From: Candidatus Marinacidobacterium sp. | Lineage (GTDB): Bacteria > Acidobacteriota > Vicinamibacteria > Marinacidobacterales > Marinacidobacteraceae | Length of the DNA stretch: 64,000 nt | Assembly (NCBI GenBank): GCA_965220965.1 | Contig: OZ244852.1 | Span: 1,184,001-1,248,000 of the forward strand | Direction of reading: 5' to 3' | Shown here: one piece after another, positions 43,801 to 52,800 of the stretch | Numbering within the stretch: the stretch's first letter is position 1 | Layout of the letters: each line of letters starts with the position of its first letter | Program-made: the position numbers and the translations under genes | Notes under the pieces: generated by a model | Told to the model about the DNA's origin: nothing | What the model saw: only the letters and a program-made list of their open reading frames with translations | The model's database searches: none

Positions 43801-46800
43801 ACGCTGACCTGGACCGCACCCACCAACGCGAGCTCGATCACCGACTTCCAGGTCCGCCACCGGCAGACCTCGGTCACGGCCGACGGCCCCTGGACCATCC
43901 TCGACGCCACGCAGACCAGCTTCACGGTCACCGGGCTGACGAACGGGATCAACTACACCTTCGACATCCAGGCGCGCAACGCCTCCGGGGAGAGCCCGGT
44001 CGCGACGGACAACGCGACCCCTGCCCTTTCGAGGCCCGACGCGCCGGACCTCACCGCGACGGCGGGCAACGCGACGGTCACCCTGCGCTGGACGCCGCCG
44101 ACGAACACGACCGAGATCACCGGCTACCAGGTTCGCTATGGCCCGAACGGCGCCTTCGGGACGTGGGCCGACGTGAACGGTGGCGCTTCCGCCAGGACCA
44201 CCACAATCGCCCCGCTGACCAACGACACCACTTACACCTTCGAGGTGCGGGCGGTGAACACCGCCGGGAACGGCGACGCGGCGTCCGTCACCGCGAGGCC
44301 GCGCGGCCCGAAGCAGACGACCGCCCCCACGAACCTCCAGGTGACCGCGGCAAGCCAGCGACTCAACACGACGTGGAACTGGTCGGACGACACCGGCGGC
44401 GTCTGCGTGGAGGGGAGCACGCGGGATGAGTACTTCAGGTGGGAGCTGGCCTACAAGAAGTCGAGCGTGACCCAGTGGATCACCGGCAACGACCAGACGA
44501 CGAACACCGCCGATGCCGGGATATTCACCCTGGATGGCATGAGCCTGCGGAGCTTCGTGATCAACGCGATGTCGCAGGGTGTCTTCACCTGGGAGACCGG
44601 GGTCGCGCTGGATCCGGTCCCCTATGACGTGCGGCTGAGCGCCTACGCCCACAGTTGCGCCACCGCCACCGACACGCCCTGGAGTGACTGGATCACGGTC
44701 CTCGGAGTCCCGCCGGTGGGCTCGCCGACGGTCCAGAATCCCCTGGCGGACCAGGCGCTCTTCGTGGGCGATACGACGGATCTGTCGCTCGCCGGCGTGT
44801 TCAGCGATCCGGCGGGCCAGACGCTGAGCCTCGCGGCCACATCGGATGACCCCGACACGGTGAGGGTCTCGCTGACCGGGACGACGCTGACCGTCTCCGG
44901 GGTCGCCGAGGGCGAGGCGACGGTGACCGTCCGGGCGACCGACACGGACGGCCTGTGGGCGGAAGACGAATTCACGGTGACGGTGTCCACCGGGCTGCCC
45001 GACGCGCCCACCGGCCTTGCCGCCACGCCGGGCGACACGACGGTGACGCTGAACTGGACGGCTACGACGGACGCCACCGTCACCGGATTCGAGGTCCGCT
45101 ACCGTGAGACCTTCGGCGGGAGCTTCAGGGACTGGGTTCCGCTGATCGGCGCAAACGTCACCACCTACGAGTTCACCGGGCTCCAGAACCGACGGGATTA
45201 CACGTTCGAGGTCAGCGCCGTCAACGCCCGCGGAAGAGGCCCCGCCGCCTCCATAAGGGCCATTCCGGTCCTCCCCGCTCCCGAGGCGCCCACCGGCTTC
45301 ACCGCGACGGGGGGCGACGCCCAGGTCGCGCTGAGCTGGACGGCGCCGACGAACACCAGCGAGATCGACCGCTTCGAGATCCGCTACCGGACGGCTTCGG
45401 GGACGTTCGGCGAGTGGAGCACGGTTGACGGCGACGAGACCAGCGAGACCGTGACCGGCCTGACGAACGGGACCGCCTACACGTTCGAGCTGCGCGCCGC
45501 CAACGACTCCGGGGAAAGCCCCGCGGTTTCAGCAACCGCGACGCCGAACCTGGTCGCTCCCGAGGCGCCGGGGAACTTCACCGCGACCGCCGGCGTCACC
45601 CGGGTCTCGCTGAGCTGGACCGCGCCGACGAACACCAGCGAGATCGACCGCTACGACATCCGCTACCGGGCTGGCTCGGGCGCATTCGTCCCATGGATTG
45701 ACGTGGGGACGGTGACCCGCCGGGAGATCTCCGGCCTCATCAACGGGACCGTTTACACCTTCGAGCTTCGGGCGGTGAACACCGCGGGGAACAGCCCGAC
45801 GGTTTCCACCACCGCGACGCCGCGCGGCGCGAAGCAGACGACCGCCCCGACGAACCTCCAGGTGACCGCGGCAAGCCAGCAACTGAACGTGACCTGGAAC
45901 TGGTCGGACGACACCGGAGGCGCCTGCGTCGAGGGGAGCGGGAGGACCGAGTACTTCCAGTGGGAGCTGGCTTACAGGAAGTCGAGCGGGACCCAGTGGG
46001 TAACGAGCGCCGCACAGACGCCGAACACGGCGGATGCCGGGATCTTCACCCTCCAGGGGATGAGCCGGCGGAACTTCGAGATCAACACATCGTCGAGCGG
46101 CATCCTCCCCGGGGAGACCGGAGTCGCGCTGGATGCGGTTCCGTATGACGTGCGCCTCATCGCCTACGCCGAGCTGTGCGCGACGCCGCCCGACACGCCC
46201 TGGAGCGAGTGGATCACGGTTTACGGGATCCCGCCCGTGGGGTCGCCGACGGTGGAGAACCCGATCGACGACCAGACCCTCGCGGTGGGAATCACGACGA
46301 ACGTGGAGCTCGCCGGCGTCTTCAGCGATCCGGAGGGCCAGACGCTGAACTTCGGGGCGGTTTCGAGTGACATCGCGAAGGCGAGCGTCTCGCTGAGCGG
46401 GACGACGACGCTGACCGTCACCGGGGTCGCCGTGGGCGAGGCGACGGTGACCGTCACGGCGACCGACACGGGCAACCTGTCGGTGGATGACGCCTTCACC
46501 GTGACGGTGGTTTCCGGCGCGCCGACCCTCGACGCGGCCGCGGGCGACACGAAGGTCTCGCTGACCTGGACGCCGCCGGCGAACACGACCGGCATCTCGA
46601 AGTACCAGTACCGCTACCGCAAGACCGCGGAGGCGACCTGGACCGCCTGGGAAGACGTGAACGGCGGGGCGTCGGCCGCCAGCCAGGAGGTCACCGGGCT
46701 GGACAACGGCGACGAATACACCTTCGAGGTGCGAGCGGTCATCAACGGCCAGAACGGGCTCGCCGCCTCGGCGCCGGCGACGCCCACGCTGCCGACGCCG

Positions 46801-49800
46801 GCCGCTCCCGGGAGCTTCGCCGCCGGTGCGGGCGACACGGTGGTCGAGCTGAGCTGGACGGCGCCGACGAACGCAAGCTCGATCACCGACTTCCAGGTCC
46901 GATACTGGAAGACCTCCGAAACGGCCCAGGACAACTGGGCCACGGTGACCGGAGGGGCCGACGCCACGACGACGACGATCACCGGGCTCACGAACGGGAC
47001 CCCCTACACGTTCCAGGTCCGGGCCCGGAACAGCGCCGGCGACGGGGACCCCGCCACGGCGACCGCAACCCCGGCGCTGGCGGTCCCGGGCGCGCCGACG
47101 CTCACCGCGAGCGCGGGCGACGCGACGGTCTCGCTGACCTGGATCGCGCCGGCGAACACGACCGAGATCGACAGCTACGAGGTCCGCTACCAGGCTGGCT
47201 CGGGCGCATTCGGCCCATGGGATGATGTCGGGACGGCGACCAGCCGGGAGGTCACCGGTCTCACGAACGGGACCGAATACACCTTCGAGGTGCGGGCTCG
47301 GAACACCACGGGCCCCGGGGCCTCCGCCTCCGCGAAGGCGACGCCGACCTTGGCGACGCCGGCCGCGCCGGGGAACTTCAACGCGGCGGCGGGGTACGCC
47401 CAGGTCGCGCTGAGCTGGACCGCGCCGACGAACACCAGCTCGATCACCGACTTCCAGGTCCGATACTGGAAGACCTCCGAAACGGCCGAGGACAACTGGA
47501 CCACGGTGAACGGCGGCGCCGACGCCACCACCCGGACCGTCACCGGCCTCGAGAACGGGACCGAATACACCTTCGAGGTGCGGGCGCGGAACACCACGGG
47601 CCCCGGGCCCGCCGCTTCCGCGAGAGCGACGCCGATGAACAGGCCGCCGGTCGTGGACAAGGAGATCGACGACCAGTCCGTCACGGAGGGCGAGTCGACC
47701 GAGGTGTCGCTCGACGGCGTGTTCAGCGATCCGGACCCTCAGACGCTCTCGCTCTCGGCCCGGTCGGGGGACATCGGGAAGGCCACCGTTGCGATCAACG
47801 GGACCACGCTGACGATCTCCGGAGTCGCGGTGGGAACACCGACGGTCACGGTGACGGCCACCGATCCGGACGGCCTGTCGGTCGACGAGTCGTTCACCGT
47901 GACGGTCCTGCCGGTGCTGCCCGACAAGCCGGAACCCTTCACCGCAACTCCGGGTGACGGCAACATCAGGCTGGAGTGGACAACGCCGACGAACACCACG
48001 GTCACCGGGTTCCAGGTACGTCTCCGCCGGACGGGCGCGCCGAACTGGGGCCCCTGGTCCGACCAGGGCCTGCACACCGTGCTCCATGTCCTCGAGCTGG
48101 AGAACGGGATGGGCTACGACTTCCAGGTCCGGGCGCGCAACGCCAACGGATGGGGTCCCCCGGCCGACGCGAACGCGACGCCGAAGGACGAGCCGCCGAT
48201 CGTGGCGAACCCGATCCCGGACCAGACCGTCGTGGCCGGCGGAACGACGGACGTGGCGCTGAACAGGGTGTTCAACGACGGGGGCAGAGACATGACCCTG
48301 ACGGCGACATCGGAGGACACCACCAAGGTGACGGTGTCGCTGGTCGAGCCGACGCTGACGCTGTTCGGCATCGAGGCGACGACCGGGACGGTGACGGTCA
48401 CAGTGACGGCCAGGGATTCGAGCGACCAGACGGTCAGCACCGAATTCGAGGTGACGGTGACCGGGGTGAACCAGCCGCCGACCGTGCCGAACCCGATCCC
48501 GGACCAGACCGTCACCGTGGGCGAGACGGCGACCGTGTCGCTCGACGGGGTGTTCAACGATCCGGAGGGCCAGACCGACAGGCTGACGTTCGCGGCCGTT
48601 TCGGCGGACACGACCAAGGCGACCGTCACGCTGAGCGGGACCACGTTGACCATCTCCGGAGTCGCGCTGGGAACCTCGACGGTCACGGTGACGGCCACCG
48701 ACCCGGGCGGCAAGTCGGCCACCGATGCCTTCACCGTGACGGTGTCGCCGGTGAACCAGCCGCCGACGGTGGTCAACCAGATCCCGGACCAGGCCGTTAC
48801 CGTGGGCGCCACGACCACCGTGTCGATCGACGGCGTCTTCGACGATCCGGACGGCGAAAACGCCAATCTGAGCTACTCGGTCGAGTCGAGCGACGATGCA
48901 CTGGCGACGGTCACGCTGAGCGGGACGGACCTGACCATCCGCGGGGTCGCGGTGGGGACGCCGACGGTGACGGTGACCGCCGAGGATTCGGCGGGCGATT
49001 CGGTCACCGACACGTTCACCGTGACGGTCTCGCCGGCGAACCAGCCGCCGACAGTGGTCAACCAGATCCCGGACCAGGCCGTTACCGTGGGCGCCACGAC
49101 CACCGTGTCGATCGACGGCGTCTTCGACGATCCGGACGGCGAAAACGCCAATCTGAGCTACTCGGTCGAGTCGAGCGACGATGCACTGGCGACGGTCACG
49201 CTGAGCGGGACGGACCTGACCATCCGCGGGGTCGCGGTGGGGACGCCGACGGTGACGGTGACCGCCGAGGATTCGGCGGGCGATTCGGTCACCGACACGT
49301 TCACCGTGACGGTCTCGCCGGCGAACCAGCCGCCGACAGTGGTCAACCAGATCCCGGACCAGGCGGTCACACCGTGTCGATCGGTCGAGTCGAGCGACGA
49401 TGCACTGGCGACGGTCACGCTGAGCGGGACGGACCTGACCATCCGCGGGGTCGCGGTGGGGACGCCGACGGTGACGGTGACCGCCGAGGATTCGGCGGGC
49501 GATTCGGTCACCGACACGTTCACCGTGACGGTCTCGCCGGCGAACCAGCCGCCGACAGTGGTCAACCAGATCCCGGACCAGGCGGTCACCGTGGGCGCCA
49601 CGACCACCGTGTCGATCGACGGCGTCTTCGACGATCCGGACGGCGAAAACGCCAATCTGAGCTACTCGGTGGAGTCGAGCGACGACGCACTGGCGACGGT
49701 CACGCTGAGCGGGACGGACCTGACCATCCGCGGGGTCGCGGTGGGGACGCCGACGGTGACGGTGACCGCCGAGGATTCGGCGGGCGATTCGGTCACCGAC

Positions 49801-52800
49801 ACGTTCACCGTGACGGTCTCGCCGGCGAACCAGCCGCCGACAGTGGTCAACCAGATCCCGGACCAGGCGGTCACCGTGGGCGCCACGACCACCGTGTCGA
49901 TCGACGGCGTCTTCGACGATCCGGACGGCGAAAACGCCAATCTGAGCTACTCGGTGGAGTCGAGCGACGACGCACTGGCGACGGTCACGCTGAGCGGGAC
50001 GGACCTGACCATCCGCGGGGTCGCGGTGGGGACGCCGACGGTGACGGTGACCGCCGAGGATTCGGCGGGCGATTCGGTCACCGACACGTTCACCGCGACG
50101 GTCTCGCCGGCGAACCAGCCGCCGACGGTGGACAACGAGATCCCGGACCAGGCGGTCACCGTGGGCGCCACGACCACCGTGTCGATCGACGGCGTCTTCG
50201 ACGATCCGGACGGCGAAAACGCCAATCTGAGCTACTCGGTCGAGTCGAGCGACGACGCACTGGCGACGGTCACGCTGAGCGGGACGGACCTGACCATCCG
50301 CGGGGTCGCGGTGGGGACGCCGACGGTGACGGTGACCGCCGAGGATTCGGCGGGCGATTCGGTCACCGACACGTTCACCGTGACGGTCTCGCCGGCGAAC
50401 CAGCCGCCGACGGTGGACAACGAGATCCCGGACCAGGCGGTCACCGTGGGCGCCACGACCACCGTGTCGATCGACGGCGTCTTCGACGATCCGGACGGCG
50501 AAAACGCCAATCTGAGCTACTCGGTCGAGTCGAGCGACGATGCACTGGCGACGGTCACGCTGAGCGGGACGGACCTGACCATCCGCGGGGTCGCGGTGGG
50601 GACGCCGACGGTGACGGTGACCGCCGACGATGGTGAGGGCGGCTCGGTCACCGACACGTTCACCGTGACGGTGTCGCCGCCGAACCAGCCGCCGACGGTG
50701 GACAACGAGATCCCGGACCAGGCGGTCACCGTGGGCGCCACGACCACCGTGTCGATCGACGGCGTCTTCGACGATCCGGACGGCGACAACGCCAATCTGA
50801 GCTACTCCGTCGCGTCGAGCGACGACGCACTGGCGACGGTCACGCTGAACGGGACGGACCTGACCATCCGCGGGGTCGCGGTGGGGACGCCGACGGTGAC
50901 GGTGACGGCCGAGGATTCGGCGGGCGATTCGGTCACCGACACGTTCACCGTGACGGTGAGCCCCACCTCCGGTCCCGCCGGGCCGAACTTCCAGGCGACG
51001 ATCCCGAACCAGACCTACACCCTGAACACGGCCATTGCGCCGCTCCAGCTCCCGGCGGCGACCGGCGGAGTCGCGCCGCTGACCTACAGCCTGAATCCGA
51101 CGCCCCCGGCGGGACTCTCCCTCGACGGCCAGCGCCGGTTGACCGGGACGCCGACCACCCCGCAGGCGGCGATCCCCTACACCTGGACGGCCACGGACGC
51201 GGATGGCGCCACCGCGACGCTGACGTTCACGATGACGGTGAACGTTACGACCAGTCCCACCGGACCGAGCTTCACGACGACGGTCCCGAACCAGACCTAC
51301 ACCCAGAGCGCACCGATCGCGCCGCTTCAGCTTCCGGCGGCGACCGGCGGCGTCGCGCCGCTGACCTACAGCCTGACGCCGACGCCCCCGCCGGGCCTCT
51401 CCATCAACACCGGGGAGCGGCGGCTGACCGGGACGCCGACCACCCCGCAGGGGCCGATCACCTACACCTGGGCGGCCACCGACGGGGCTGGCGACGCCGC
51501 AGCGCTCACCTTCACGATCGGCATCAACGCCCCGACGATTCCTGGCGGCGGCGGTGGCGGCGGCGGCGGAACTCCAGGTGGAGACACTCCCGCCCCCGGG
51601 ACCGCCTCGATCGAAGGCGTGCGCATCGTGTCGAGCCCGCCATCGGGCGTCTGGTACGGGATCGGAGACCAAATCGTCATCGGCGTCACGTTCAGCGAAT
51701 CGGTGACGGTGAGCGGCGGGCAGCCCTCGATCGGGATCCAGGTCGGGTCCCGGGTCCGGCGAGCGGTCTACACCGGCGGGAGCGGCGGGAGCGAACTCCG
51801 GTTCGCGTGGACGGTCGAAGCCGGACTCGAGGATGAGAACGGCGTGTCGGTCACGGCCGGCAGTCTGGCGGGGGCGACCCTGACCAGCAACGGGAACGAC
51901 GTCCCGCAGGACAACCCCTCTCTCGGCGACCAGGCGGGACACCGGGTCGACGGCATCGCGCCCAGCGTTGAAGGCTTCGAGTTCGCCTCCCGGCCGTCGA
52001 CGACCGAGGGTTACCGGGCCGGGGAGCGCATCGAACTCGATGCGCGGTTCAGCGAAGGGGTTTCGGTCGGCGGGGCGCCCGCGCTCCTGATCGATGTCGG
52101 CGGGGTCTACCGGGAAGCCGGGCTCCTCCTCTCCAGCGCGCAGACCGTCCGCTTCGGGTACGTCGTCAGCACGACGGACTGGGATGAAAACGGCGTCGCG
52201 ATCCCGGCGAACGCGCTGCAGGCGTCCTCCGGCGCGATCACGGACCGCGCCGGGAACGCTCCCGGGGCCTCCCCCGCGCGCGCCGCGGATCCCGCGCACC
52301 GGGTCCGCGGTCTTTCCCCGCCGGCGCTGCTGAACCCCCTCGCGGACCTGACGCTGGTCGCGGGCGCGGCGGCGGTGGACCTGGATCTGGGGCCGGTCTT
52401 TGGCCGCGCGGACAGCTACCAGGCCGCCTCCTCGCGCCCCGACGTGGCCGAGGTGTCCGTCACCGGCGCGACCCTGACGGTGCGGCCGCTGAGCGAGGGG
52501 TCGGCCGAGGTGGTCGTCGCGGCCCGGAACCTTGCGGGAACCACCGAGGACCGGTTCACCGTGACCGTGACCTCGGATCCGGCGGAAGTGGCGGCGGCGA
52601 ACGCGGCCCTCGGCGGCTTCGCCCGCGGCATGCTGGCCGGCGTCTCCGAGACGCTCGGCCGCAGGCTGGAGCAGGGGCCGGGGGCCAGCCGGCTCTACCT
52701 GAGCGGGCTCCAGCAGACGATGGGCGCCGAGGCGGGCCTGTCGCAGCTCGAGGAGCGCGGCGGCTACGGGGTTCGCTCGCTGTTCCTGGGCCGTGAGGCT

